From Candidatus Latescibacterota bacterium (GTDB lineage: Bacteria; Latescibacterota; UBA2968; SICM01): a stretch of 64,000 nucleotides of DNA. The position numbers and the translations under genes were made by a program. Shown here piece by piece: positions 10,354 to 20,025 of this stretch (within the stretch, counting starts at the first letter, position 1; each line of letters opens with the position of its first letter). Under the pieces are notes generated by a model. The model was not told the origin of the DNA. It saw nothing but the letters and a program-made list of their open reading frames with translations, and did no database searches. Location: positions 4,448,001 to 4,512,000 of the forward strand of contig CBDCJO010000002.1 of assembly GCA_965217865.1 (NCBI GenBank), given 5' to 3'.

Positions 10354-11516
10354 ATGCGCAATAGAATCACAAACATAATCGAGAATGATATTGATTCAGG
10401 GAATAACCTGGGTTCCCAGATATATGTAAGTTATCAAAGCGAGACGATTTTGGACCTGGCCGTGGGATGCGCGAGTGAAGGAGTCGACATCTCAACCCGG
10501 ACGCTCTCCTCGTGGATGTCCATATCCAAAGGGTTTACCGCTTGCGCAATGGCCATCCAATGGGAAAGGGGACTTGTAGATATTTTTGGCTATGTAAGGG
10601 ACTACATTGAAGAATTTTCAAAGAATGGAAAAGAGAGCGTTAAAATAAGTGACCTGCTCTCTCATACCGCAGGCATGAAGGAAGTTGAAATTGGAGGATC
10701 TTATGGGTGGCCGGACAACACGTGGGAAGAACGAATCGCGTTGATCTGTCAGGCCCCGCTGATTCCAGATTGGACACCCGGACAACGAGCCGGCTATGAC
10801 GTTGTCAATGCCTGGATGATTCTCGCTGAAATCGTACAAAGGACATCGGGGAAAACCATTTCCGGTTTTGTGAGAGACGAAATATTTCAACCTCTGGATA
10901 TGCGGGACTGTTACCTTTCGATGGAGAAAGACGTCTGTTTGAATTACGGAGATCTGATAGGGGGTATTTATTTCAAGAGAGACAACGGTCTTGAACCATT
11001 CTATAGATATGCGAATTATGCCGAATGTTGCCACGATGTTGTTCCCGGGGGAAGTGGTCGCGGACCGGCAAACCAGCTGGCAAAAGTTTACGAAATGCTG
11101 CTCAATTTTGGCTCAACCGACGAACGGGCTTTACTGAATCCACAGACTGTAACGGCGGTCACCCGAAGGCAGCGCATATAGGCCTTTTTGATGAAGTTCT
11201 CTGCCATATTGTGGACATGGGGCTGGGGTTTTATATGAATTCCAACATATACGGAAAGGATACTGTGCCTTATGGATTTGGACGCCACGCCTCTGATCTT
11301 ACTTTCGGGAACGCAGGCTATCAAACATCGATTGCCTTCGCAGACCCTATCTTCCAAGTGGTTGTCGTGTGCGTGTTTAATGTCGCACCTGGAGAAAAAG
11401 CACACCAAGAGAGGAATCGTCAAGTATGCAATGCGGTATACGAAGAATTGGGTCTTGATGGGAAATATAAGCCTAACAACGCGCTCCAGCGGACAGCCGC
11501 CAAGCCGCGCCGCTGA
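10354..11516 (+). pseudogene. Serine hydrolase (beta-lactamase class C-like), frameshifted at ~11177
   Basis: SISK catalytic motif, LLSHTAG, IFQPLDM; the C-terminus (IGLFD...GLGFY...TFGNAG) is in another frame after cgcatataggc. Confidence 0.75.
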
Positions 11517-11531
11517 GCTTGATCGTTAGAA
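11471..11531 (+). mobile_element. Integron attC site
   Basis: GCCTAAC...GCTCCAGC.../...GCTGAGC...GTTAGAA, 61 bp, inverted L boxes with one extra base, at the 3' end of a gene. Confidence 0.8.
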
Positions 11532-11559
11532 CGATCTGCTGTATGGGTTATAAGGAGGG

Positions 11560-11868
11560 CTAATCGGCGGTGACAGATTCCTTCGCTTGCACGGAGAGCT
11601 TCAGGCCAAGCTGCCTCAGGATGGCAGTCAGGCTCGCGAACTGCGGATTCCCCTGCTCTGACAGCATCCGGTACATGGACTCCCGGTTCAACCGGGCATC
11701 TCCCGCAAGCTTCTTCATGCCGTGAGCTTCCGCGACATTGCGTAGCGCCAGCAGGAAGAGCTCATTCGAGTCTTCTTCCAGAGCGGCGTTCAGATATTCG
11801 GCTGCTTCCGCTGGATCCTGGAGGGCTTTCAGCAATTCAGGCTTATAGGGTCTCGATGGCTTGTTCAT
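11560..11868 (-). CDS. Addiction module antidote protein (HI1420-like HTH antitoxin)
   Basis: AAEYLNAALEE...LALRNVAEAHGM..LA....LNRESMYRMLSEQGNPQF. Confidence 0.9.
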   Translation of the reverse strand: MNKPSRPYKPELLKALQDPAEAAEYLNAALEEDSNELFLLALRNVAEAHGMKKLAGDARLNRESMYRMLSEQGNPQFASLTAILRQLGLKLSVQAKESVTAD

Positions 11869-11925
11869 GTCTCTCGGCTCCTGAAGTCAGCCCAGAATGA
11901 TTTGGCCTGATACCGCTTCGTTCAT
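11865..11925 (-). pseudogene. Internally deleted cognate toxin (HI1419/RelE-like)
   Basis: ATG at 11925 (MNEAV) joined out of frame to QAKSFWADFRSRET*, whose TGA overlaps the antitoxin ATG. Confidence 0.6.
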
Positions 11926-11931
11926 CGGCTA

Positions 11932-11960
11932 AATGTAGCCTGAAAGCTACACAAAGGCAA
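11932..11960 (-). promoter_or_regulatory. TA promoter with palindromic operator
   Basis: TTGCCT-N17-TACATT overlapping TGTAGC-N6-GCTACA (11934-11951). Confidence 0.65.
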
Positions 11961-12016
11961 GTTTTTTTTCCGGCCAATTCGGTTGTCACTCTCTTTCGAA
12001 CAACCCCCAAGGAGGT

Positions 12017-12436
12017 ATGATGGCGGACGCTACATTCCCAACCAAGGATATGGCACTAAGCATCCTATTAGTTATTAGCGACCTCAGAAAAACACGCTGG
12101 TTTTATGAAGAGGTATTAGGGGCGGATTTCCATCGAGAGTACGGCGGGCATACCCTCGTATTTTCCTTTTTAGGGACCTGGCTGATTCTTACAACAGGCG
12201 GCCCCCCCACCGAGGATAAACCGGATATAACATTCGCTCCTCCAACCGACCTGAACACAGTCAGCGTGGCATGGAGTATCAAAGTTGCTGACTGCCTAGC
12301 GTCCTTCGAGATACTCAAGGCGAGAGGCGCTGAGTTCATCACCCCCCCTGTGGATCGCGGCGGCTATGAAATCCGTTGCTTTTTGAGAGATCCGGATGGG
12401 CATTTGATTGAGCTAAGCGAGACGGTGAATAAATAA
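12017..12436 (+). CDS. VOC family protein
   Basis: AGGAGG RBS; FYEEVLGA and EIRCFLRDPDGHLIEL. Confidence 0.9.
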   Translation: MMADATFPTKDMALSILLVISDLRKTRWFYEEVLGADFHREYGGHTLVFSFLGTWLILTTGGPPTEDKPDITFAPPTDLNTVSVAWSIKVADCLASFEILKARGAEFITPPVDRGGYEIRCFLRDPDGHLIELSETVNK

Positions 12437-12462
12437 CGGTATCGAGCGCGTTAAGAGAGACA

Positions 12463-13809
12463 ATGAACAATACTGAGCAACCGATAGATACCTCCGTTGA
12501 GACTGCCACTCTTCCTGACCGGGTGTCCATGTTCCCCATATTGTTGGTTAACTTTATCGGAACCCTGGGCTACAGCATCATCTTGCCATTCCTGGTCGTG
12601 CTGGTCATCAAATTGGGGGGCAATCAATTGATATATGGAATAATGGGGGCAACCTATTCATTCTTCCAACTCATCGGCGCCCCCATATTGGGAAAATGGT
12701 CGGATAGATACGGCCGGAAGAAAATCCTTTTGTTAAGTCAGGTAGGGACATTCTTAGCGTGGGGCTTGTTTATTATCGCTCTCCTCATCCCGAATACAAC
12801 ATTATTCAACATCGATTCTTCTATCTCAGGAGCATTTGTATTAACGATTCCGCTGCTGGTTTTATTTATGGCAAGAGCATTGGATGGTATTACCGGGGGC
12901 AATGTATCCGTCGCGAATGCCTACCTTTCGGATGTCACGACCGACAAAGACAGAAAAAGCAACTTTGGAAAAATGGCGGCATCTGGAAATTTGGGGTTCA
13001 TAATCGGGCCTGCACTTGCGGGCCTTCTGGGAGCGACAATTTTAGGTGAATTATTGCCTGTTGCGATAGCAATGTTAATTTCCCTGGTCGCCATTTTTGT
13101 TATCGCTTTCCTGATGAGAGAATCAAATCCCTGCGTCATAGCCAAACCCCTGGATGAGAGAAGAATCAAGAAAGTGTTCGGACAGGAGCATAAGGAATGC
13201 TATAGAATGACGGGGGCGGATAGGACAAGCTTTAGGGACATATTAAAGCTTAAGCATATTCCATTTATCCTGATCCTTTACTTTTTCGTATTTCTGGCAT
13301 TCAATTTCTTTTATGTCGCCTTTCCAGTGCACGCGGTGCAGAGTCTGAAGTGGAGTCTTTTAAAACTTGGGGTTTTCTTTTCTGTGTTGGGTTTTTTAAT
13401 GGTTTGTGTTGAAGGGCCTGTGCTAAGTAAAATCTCTGATAAATTTTCCGACGGCATTCTGACCATCACCGGGAGTATCTTACTGGGAGTGAATTTTGTT
13501 CTTTTTACAAGCAACAATGAAGTTCTGATTTTTCTGGGTGTGGTGCTGTTTTCTTGCGGAAATGGCATCATGTGGCCTTCTTTTCTATCCATACTTTCCA
13601 AAGTCGCCGATCCCAGGTACCAGGGTGCGATTCAGGGATATGCAAGCAGCACGGGTAGCCTGGCCAGTATCATAGGCCTGATCACGGGAGGTGTTATATA
13701 TGGATGGATAGGTGTCACAACATTTTGGATACCCGGGACCCTGTTCCTGATTGTTTTTGCGTTGTCGTTTAAGTTATTGGCGATTGAAAAGACTCATTCA
13801 GCTGAGTGA
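12463..13809 (+). CDS. MFS transporter (TetA/DHA1-like)
   Basis: GKWSDRYGRKKILL motif A, RALDGITGGN, GFIIGPALAG; about 12 TM segments; AT-richer than the flanks. Confidence 0.9.
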   Translation: MNNTEQPIDTSVETATLPDRVSMFPILLVNFIGTLGYSIILPFLVVLVIKLGGNQLIYGIMGATYSFFQLIGAPILGKWSDRYGRKKILLLSQVGTFLAWGLFIIALLIPNTTLFNIDSSISGAFVLTIPLLVLFMARALDGITGGNVSVANAYLSDVTTDKDRKSNFGKMAASGNLGFIIGPALAGLLGATILGELLPVAIAMLISLVAIFVIAFLMRESNPCVIAKPLDERRIKKVFGQEHKECYRMTGADRTSFRDILKLKHIPFILILYFFVFLAFNFFYVAFPVHAVQSLKWSLLKLGVFFSVLGFLMVCVEGPVLSKISDKFSDGILTITGSILLGVNFVLFTSNNEVLIFLGVVLFSCGNGIMWPSFLSILSKVADPRYQGAIQGYASSTGSLASIIGLITGGVIYGWIGVTTFWIPGTLFLIVFALSFKLLAIEKTHSAE

Positions 13810-13884
13810 TGATTAAAAGACACTCTGTGAGGAAACGTTAACGGCTCGACGTGTTGTCGTTTTACCCATCCGAGGAGGATCACG

Positions 13885-14631
13885 ATGGAGCTCAGCGAAA
13901 AACAAATTGAGATGTGCGAATCGAGCAGATGGGATTTTTCCGATCTCAAAGCCCTGTTTCTCAACTGCACGCTGAAACGGTCACCCGAGTTGTCTCATAC
14001 CCAGGGATTGATCGATATTTCGAAGGCGATTTTGGAGAAGAACGGGGTTCCTGTGGAAGTGCTTCGTCCAGTGGACTACACGATTGCGTACGGCGTCTAC
14101 CCCGACATGACGGAGCAGGGGTGGGACGTGGACGACTGGCCTGAGATCTACAAAAAGGTGAAGGTGGCAGACATCCTCGTGATTACCTCTTCGATATGGC
14201 TCGCGGAAAAGACATCGGTGTGTAATAAGGTGATGGAGCGGCTCTATTCATCTTCAAGCGATCTCAATGAGCACGGTCAATACGCCTATTACGGCCGCGT
14301 GGGCGGCTGTTTGATTACGGGCAATGAAGACGGCGCGAAGCATGCCTCGATGAATATCCTTTACTCCCTGCAGCATCTCGGGTATGTGGTTCCACCTCAG
14401 GCAGATGCGGGCTGGCTCGGAGAGGCCGGTCCCGGGCCGTCCTACCTGGACCCGGGGTCCGGTGGGCCGGAAAACGACTTCACAAATCGCAACACCACAT
14501 TCATGACATGGAACTTGATGCATCTGGCGCGAATGATCAAAGATGCGGGGGGAATCCCGGCGCACGGGAACCAGCGTTCGAAATGGGACGCCGGCTGTCG
14601 CTTTGACCATCCCAATCCTTTATATCGATAG
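13885..14631 (+). CDS. Flavodoxin family protein (NADPH-dependent FMN reductase-like)
   Basis: FLNCTLKRSPELSHT, ADILVITSSIW, ITGNEDGAKH. Confidence 0.85.
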   Translation: MELSEKQIEMCESSRWDFSDLKALFLNCTLKRSPELSHTQGLIDISKAILEKNGVPVEVLRPVDYTIAYGVYPDMTEQGWDVDDWPEIYKKVKVADILVITSSIWLAEKTSVCNKVMERLYSSSSDLNEHGQYAYYGRVGGCLITGNEDGAKHASMNILYSLQHLGYVVPPQADAGWLGEAGPGPSYLDPGSGGPENDFTNRNTTFMTWNLMHLARMIKDAGGIPAHGNQRSKWDAGCRFDHPNPLYR

Positions 14632-14679
14632 AGAGCGGCGAACGAGATTGACAGTTGAAGGAGGCCGTCGACGCTGAGG

Positions 14680-15014
14680 TCAGCGTTCGGTTGCCAGAGT
14701 AGTGCCGGTGAAGATGGCCCTGGCGAGTTGTCGTTTGGATGTGCCCAATGCTAGAAGGGAACGGACAAGGAGATCAAGAGAAACGGTAGGATCACCTGCC
14801 TCCATCTTTGCGACTCGGGACTGACTGGACTTGATCATCTTTGCCAACTGCGCCTGAGTGAGTTGCTTCTCCCGCCGCCGAACCCTTAGATTCTGACTGA
14901 AGGCAAGCTTGAGCTCCACGTAGGCGGCTTCTTGCGGGTTCAGAGATAGAAATTCCGTAGCATCCCCGATCTTCCATCCTTTTGCGTGGAGACGTTTTCT
15001 TTGGGCTTTGTCCA
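14680..15014 (-). CDS. XRE-family HTH antitoxin (HigA-like)
   Basis: MDKAQRKRL..GWKIG...LTQAQLAKMIKSSQSRVAKMEAGDPTVSLDLL; start placed at MDKA after GAGG (exact start approximate). Confidence 0.85.
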
Positions 15015-15025
15015 TAGGTGGCACC

Positions 15026-15355
15026 TCAAGAATCGTGTTGTGCAATTCTTCGTATACACACGTCGATCACACGCTTTGGTGTGCGGGTTGTCGTCTTTCT
15101 GAACACCTCGAGTATCACGATTGCATCAGAGTCAACTCGGTACACGATCCGCCAGTCAGAATCTCTGTCGGCGATCCGCAGTTCGTGGCACCGCGCACCA
15201 ACTGAGGGCATGGGCCTGGAGTGCGGCATGGGGAGCGTCACACCCATCTGGAGAGCACGCAACAAATACCCGGCTTTCAGCCGTGCCTCCGCCCCAAACG
15301 GAGGTGTCCTGACTTCACCGTGCAGCCAGGCAAGTGGCTTATCATCCGTGCCCAT
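15026..15355 (-). CDS. RelE/ParE-family toxin (HigB/Gp49-like)
   Basis: KPLAWLHGEVRTPPF...SRPMPSVGARCHELRI...WRIVYR...EVFRKTT; lies upstream of the antitoxin. Confidence 0.9.
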   Translation of the reverse strand: MGTDDKPLAWLHGEVRTPPFGAEARLKAGYLLRALQMGVTLPMPHSRPMPSVGARCHELRIADRDSDWRIVYRVDSDAIVILEVFRKTTTRTPKRVIDVCIRRIAQHDS

Positions 15356-15360
15356 ACCAG

Positions 15361-15389
15361 AATATATATCATATCCGACATATTGTCAA
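15361..15389 (-). promoter_or_regulatory. Sigma70 promoter of the TA operon (probably leaderless mRNA)
   Basis: TTGACA-N17-TATATT ending 5-6 nt before the toxin ATG. Confidence 0.7.
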
Positions 15390-15402
15390 GGGTAGGCCTT
15401 TA

Positions 15403-16930
15403 GCAGCCTGTTGAAAAAGTGCGTTTATGCCAAGATGACTGTTGTCTTTCCTTGTGGTTTGGTCCTATGATATATCAGGTTCAAACTGAGAAGGGAGGAC
15501 GAGCAAATGGCAATGGGAAAACGAGGACGACAGAGACAGGAAAACCTGTTCATCGCATCGAACACTTTGGTGAAATCTCCGGGTCATCCGTTCTACGAGA
15601 AGCTGAATCAGGTATTGGGGGCGAACGGCTTCGACGAGTTCGTCGAGGGGCTTTGCCAGCGGTATTACGCTCCTCATATGGGTCGCAAGGGCATTCCGCC
15701 CGGGGTTTATTTTCGGATGCTTTTGATTGGGTATTTCGAGGGACTTGATTCGGAACGTGGGATCGAATGGCGTGTATCTGACTCGCTGACGTTGCGCCGG
15801 TTTTTGGGGTATGCCCTTGACGAACAGACCCCGGATCATTCCAGCCTGTCTCGCATCCGGCATCGGCTTCCCTTGGAAGTTCACGAAGCGGTTTTCAAGT
15901 GGATCCTGAGGGTCTTGTGCAAAGCGGGTCTGGTGAAGGGGAAGACGTTGGGCGTGGATGCTACGACACTGGAGGCCAACGCCGCGATGCGCAGCATTGT
16001 ACGCCGTGACACGGGTGAAGGCTACCAGGCATTCCTTGAGAATCTGGCCAAGGCCTCGGGCATTGAAACGCCTACCCGCGAGGACTTGTCCAAGATCGAT
16101 AAGAAGCGACCGAAGAAGGGATCGAACCAGGACTGGGAGCACCCGCACGACCCGGATGCCAAGATCGCTAAGATGAAGGACGGTCGCACGCACATGGCGC
16201 ACAAGGTGGAGCACGCGGTGGATCTGGACACCAATGCCATTGTGGCAGTGGCGTTGTCGGGAGCAGATGAAGGAGATACCGAGTCGTTGCCCTGGACGCT
16301 GCTCGAGGCGCAGCTCAATCTCAAGCAGGTCGCGAAGGACGAAAAAGCTGCCAAACGTTTGCACAGACAGCGTATACGGGAGGTGGTTGCGGACAAAGGA
16401 TATCATAGCAACGATGTATTGACCAGTCTGAAGCAAGGCGGTATCCGGAGTTACATTTCAGAACCGGATCGGGGACGCCGCAAGTGGAACGGCCGACGAG
16501 ATGAGCAGGCCGCGGTATATGCGAATCGACGCCGGATCAAGGGAGATCGCGGCAAGGCCTTGCGCCGAAGTCGTGCAGAACGGGTGGAAAGAACCATCGC
16601 TCACACATATGATACCGGTGGCATGCGCAGGTTGCACTTGAGAGACCGCGGCAATATCCTCAAGCGTTTGCTGATCCACATCGGGGGCTGCAACCTGGCT
16701 CTGCTCATGCGCAAAGTGATGGGCGTAGGTACTCCGAAGGCCCTCCAGGACCTGGCCAAGGCCTTGCAGCGTCTACTGCTCGTCCTACAATCACGTTTGC
16801 TGCCCTCGGTCACCTTTTTAACCTCTTATCAGCGTCTCCTGCTCAATCTCCTTACCTTGATTTATCTGACCCGCACTCCAGGCGTCTTTTCCGTTTATGT
16901 GCGTTGAAAGGTAGTTCTTCAACGGGCTGC
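15403..16930 (+). mobile_element. Insertion sequence (IS5/IS1182-like DDE)
   Basis: Terminal inverted repeats GCAGCCTGTTGAAAAAGT / AGTTCTTCAACGGGCTGC flanked by TA(G); single transposase ORF. Confidence 0.85.
15507..16907 (+). CDS. DDE transposase (DUF772 + DDE_Tnp_1)
   Basis: PDHSSLSRIR, GVDATTLEANA, HKVEHAVD, VVADKGYHS, RAERVER. Confidence 0.92.
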   Translation: MAMGKRGRQRQENLFIASNTLVKSPGHPFYEKLNQVLGANGFDEFVEGLCQRYYAPHMGRKGIPPGVYFRMLLIGYFEGLDSERGIEWRVSDSLTLRRFLGYALDEQTPDHSSLSRIRHRLPLEVHEAVFKWILRVLCKAGLVKGKTLGVDATTLEANAAMRSIVRRDTGEGYQAFLENLAKASGIETPTREDLSKIDKKRPKKGSNQDWEHPHDPDAKIAKMKDGRTHMAHKVEHAVDLDTNAIVAVALSGADEGDTESLPWTLLEAQLNLKQVAKDEKAAKRLHRQRIREVVADKGYHSNDVLTSLKQGGIRSYISEPDRGRRKWNGRRDEQAAVYANRRRIKGDRGKALRRSRAERVERTIAHTYDTGGMRRLHLRDRGNILKRLLIHIGGCNLALLMRKVMGVGTPKALQDLAKALQRLLLVLQSRLLPSVTFLTSYQRLLLNLLTLIYLTRTPGVFSVYVR

Positions 16931-18802
16931 TAGGTGGGCTATATTATTCCCAGGGTAGGTATGCTGATGCTGAATCCCTGTACACGCGTGGTTTGGTAAT
17001 CCGAGAAAAAGCTCTTGGACTGGGCCATGTTGAAGTTGGCAAATCCCTTAAGAACCTTGCCTCACTTTATGTTCACCAAGGCAGGTATACTGAAGCCGAC
17101 CCGCTTTTCAGACGAGCCCTGGAAATAAAGGAAAAACACTTGGGTCATATCATCCCGAGGTGGCGACATCTCTAGAGAACCTGGCGGAACTTCGTAGAGC
17201 CCATGGAAGGTATCTCGATGCCATAGCCCTCCGAAGACGTGCCCTGGAAATCGTGGACAACGCTCTTGGTCCGGGTCATCCCAGCGCAGCTATGCTTCGG
17301 GACTACCTAGCGGAATTCCTCAGAGCCCAGGGCAAGTATGATGATGCCGTGCCGATCTACGAACTTGGCGTACAAACCAAGGAAAAAGCTCTTGGGCCGG
17401 ACCATCCAGATGTAGCGAAATCTCTAAGCAACCTGGCGGGGCTTTATGAAGACCAGGGCAGGTATGCTGATGCCGTTCCGATCTACAAACGGGCAGTGGA
17501 AATTTGGAAGAAATCTCTGGGCTTAGACCCTCCCCAGCTGGCAACATATATGTGCAACCTTGCGGAACTTTATCAAGCCCAGGGCTGGTATGCCGATGCT
17601 GAACCATTTTACAAAAACGCCCTGGAAATCTGGGAAAAAGCCCTGGGTGAGGAACATCCCTATCTGGCGGTACCTCTGACCAAAATGGCGGAACTCTATG
17701 ATGCCTGGGGAAGGTACGATAGGGCCGAACTGTTCTATAGACGAGCAGTGGAAATAGATAAAATAGCTCTTGCCTCAGATCATTCAGATGAGGCGACATC
17801 TCAGGATAGTCTATCGGATTCCTATCCAACCCAGAGCAAATCACCGTTAGTCTCAACGGATGAACCACTCGATCTGCAAGACCTTATCAGAGAAGATACT
17901 AAGTCAGTCCTTCGGGCAATTCAGAAGCTGGGAACGATCGACCTCGACCTTGTCGAGACTACCCCGGTAGTATTTGACGGACGGCTGTACCGCTTCGAAT
18001 CGGTCCGGCGAGGCTACCAACGAAATCGCCTGGGCCAACCCTACTTCCGCTTCGTCGACGTCGAGTCGGGAGGGACGACGATCCCGTTTGGGGAGAACCA
18101 CGTGTTCGGCAGTGCGTTTGTGGAGGCCGATACAGCATATGTCTTTGGTGTACCTGCCTGGGACACGTCGTGGATCGCCATGTTCTGGTCGAAGGACTTG
18201 AAGAGCTGGAAGTCAAAATACATCATGAACCTCCACGGCTGGGAGGTGTTCAACACCTCGGTCTGCAAGGCGGTGGATCGGTACGTGATGGCTTTCGAGG
18301 TCGGCTGGCCTCCTGAGGTGGTGGGGAAGCGTTTCACGATTCGTTTTGCAACATCGCGGGACCTGATGAGTTGGGATGTGCTGCCAGAACCGCGGTTTTC
18401 ACGAAGGCCCGCTACTCGGCCAGTCCCACGATCCGGCACCTTAACGAGTGGTTCTATCTGCTCTACCTGGAATCGCTCCCCTTCGGGCGTTTCAGTACAT
18501 TTTTGGTGAGGTCACGTGATCTTGTGCATTGGCGGACCAGTCCGCGGAATCCCGTGCTCTTTTTCGATGACAACGACAGACGCGTGGCCCACAAAAAGTC
18601 CGATTTGAGAAAACAACTGTTGGCGCGTGAGGTCCCGAGCAAAAGCAACGCGGACGTGGACTTCTGCGAGTACAGAGGCAAAGTGTTTATCAACTACGCG
18701 TGGGGTGACCAGGAAGGCATCGAGTTCCTGGCGGAGGCGGTCTATCCAGGCCACATGCGGGACTTCCTGCATGGCTTCTTTCCCGCCCCACACGCGCGAT
18801 AG
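16930..18802 (+). pseudogene. Kinesin-light-chain-type TPR protein fused to a beta-propeller (glycosidase-like) domain; 5'-truncated, with two frameshifts
   Basis: LGGLYYSQGRYADAESLY starts right at the IS end; 42-aa HPDVA.SL.NLA.LY..QGRY repeats; frameshifts near 17147 and 18391; propeller-like part ETTPVVFDGRLY...SNADVDFCEY. Confidence 0.7.
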
Positions 18803-19003
18803 GCACGGCGCAGTCTGCATTTCGATCCAGAGGTAATGGCAATGTAGACCAGAATAGCGGCCTGGTGAGACTCATTGGCGCGACACCGGAGGTGCTTCGT
18901 CGAGTCCACCCTTCCGCCTATACACGAAAGTGAGGAGGAACCACAATGGCTGGTCTTCTTCCTTCCAACAATCCTGGGTTTGAGCTCCAACAACCGTTTT
19001 CGG

Positions 19004-19723
19004 TCAAAGAGGGGGTTCGGTGCAAACTTCTCGCCTTTTGTTTGCTTCTGCAGTGCTGACTCGCTTGTAAAGAGGTTCAGCATCAGAATACTTGCCCTCG
19101 GATTTATAAAGTTCCGCCAGGTTGTTCAGAGATGTTGCCAGATAGGGATGTTCCTGACCAAAGGCTTTTCCCCAGATTTCCAGAGCTCGCTTGTAGAGGG
19201 GCTCGGCTTCTCCATACTGGCCCTGGGACTGATAAAGCCCCCCCAGGTTGTTCAGGGATTGCGCAACATCAGGATGGTCTTTGCCCAGGGCTTTCTCCCT
19301 GATGGCCAGTGACCGCTTGAAAAGGGGCTCGGCTTCTCCATACTGGCCCTGGGACTGATAAAGTCCCCCCAGGTTGTTCAGGTTTGTTGCAACACCAGGA
19401 TGATCCTTCCCAAGCACTTTCTCATCGATTTCCAGAGCCCGCTTGTAAAGGGGCTCGGCTTCCCCATACTTGCCCTGGGAATCATAAAGGAACGCCAGAT
19501 TGTTCAGACTGGTGGTGAGACGAGGATCTTGCGGCCCGAACTTTTCCGCTTCTTTGAGAGCGGCTTTGTATAGCTTTTCAGCCTCGGCGTAGTGACCCTG
19601 CTCATACGCCTTACCTGCGGCGTCGATGTATTTCTCCCAGGGTGTGTCTATGCTGTAGGCCACAGACCAGAGAGTTAGACACAATATTCCAACCCACGCC
19701 CAGTCAGTTTTGGGGTTCAGCAT
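19004..19723 (-). CDS. Secreted TPR (kinesin-light-chain-type) protein, probably 3'-truncated
   Basis: Signal peptide, four 42-aa repeats (near-identical 126-bp units); the repeat breaks off at EPLYKR|VSTA. Confidence 0.8.
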   Translation of the reverse strand: MLNPKTDWAWVGILCLTLWSVAYSIDTPWEKYIDAAGKAYEQGHYAEAEKLYKAALKEAEKFGPQDPRLTTSLNNLAFLYDSQGKYGEAEPLYKRALEIDEKVLGKDHPGVATNLNNLGGLYQSQGQYGEAEPLFKRSLAIREKALGKDHPDVAQSLNNLGGLYQSQGQYGEAEPLYKRALEIWGKAFGQEHPYLATSLNNLAELYKSEGKYSDAEPLYKRVSTAEANKRREVCTEPPL

Positions 19724-20025
19724 TTTAAATTCTTTTCTTGCCTGCTATTCTCTCCAGGCAGACAGTGTTCGTCAACGGCTTCGATCCAACATTCTCGCAT
19801 ACAAACCAATAAACCGCACTTAACCAGATGCGGTTTATTATAACCGTTATCCCCTATGACTTGTCCCGACGTCAATCGTCTCCATCCCAATAAGAAGATG
19901 GTGAACATAGAGGCGGGTCAAAAACCCGGTCACTGCGTCGACCAGGACCGTGTTGCCAAGGTCGGTCATGTGAACGCTGTCCTCTGAACGCTGTCCTCAC
20001 CGATACATTCCTCCGATCCCGCCTG

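Noticed and set aside
19060-19520. Regularly spaced DNA repeats as a CRISPR or ncRNA array
   Set aside because: The 126-bp period is explained by 42-aa TPR coding repeats.
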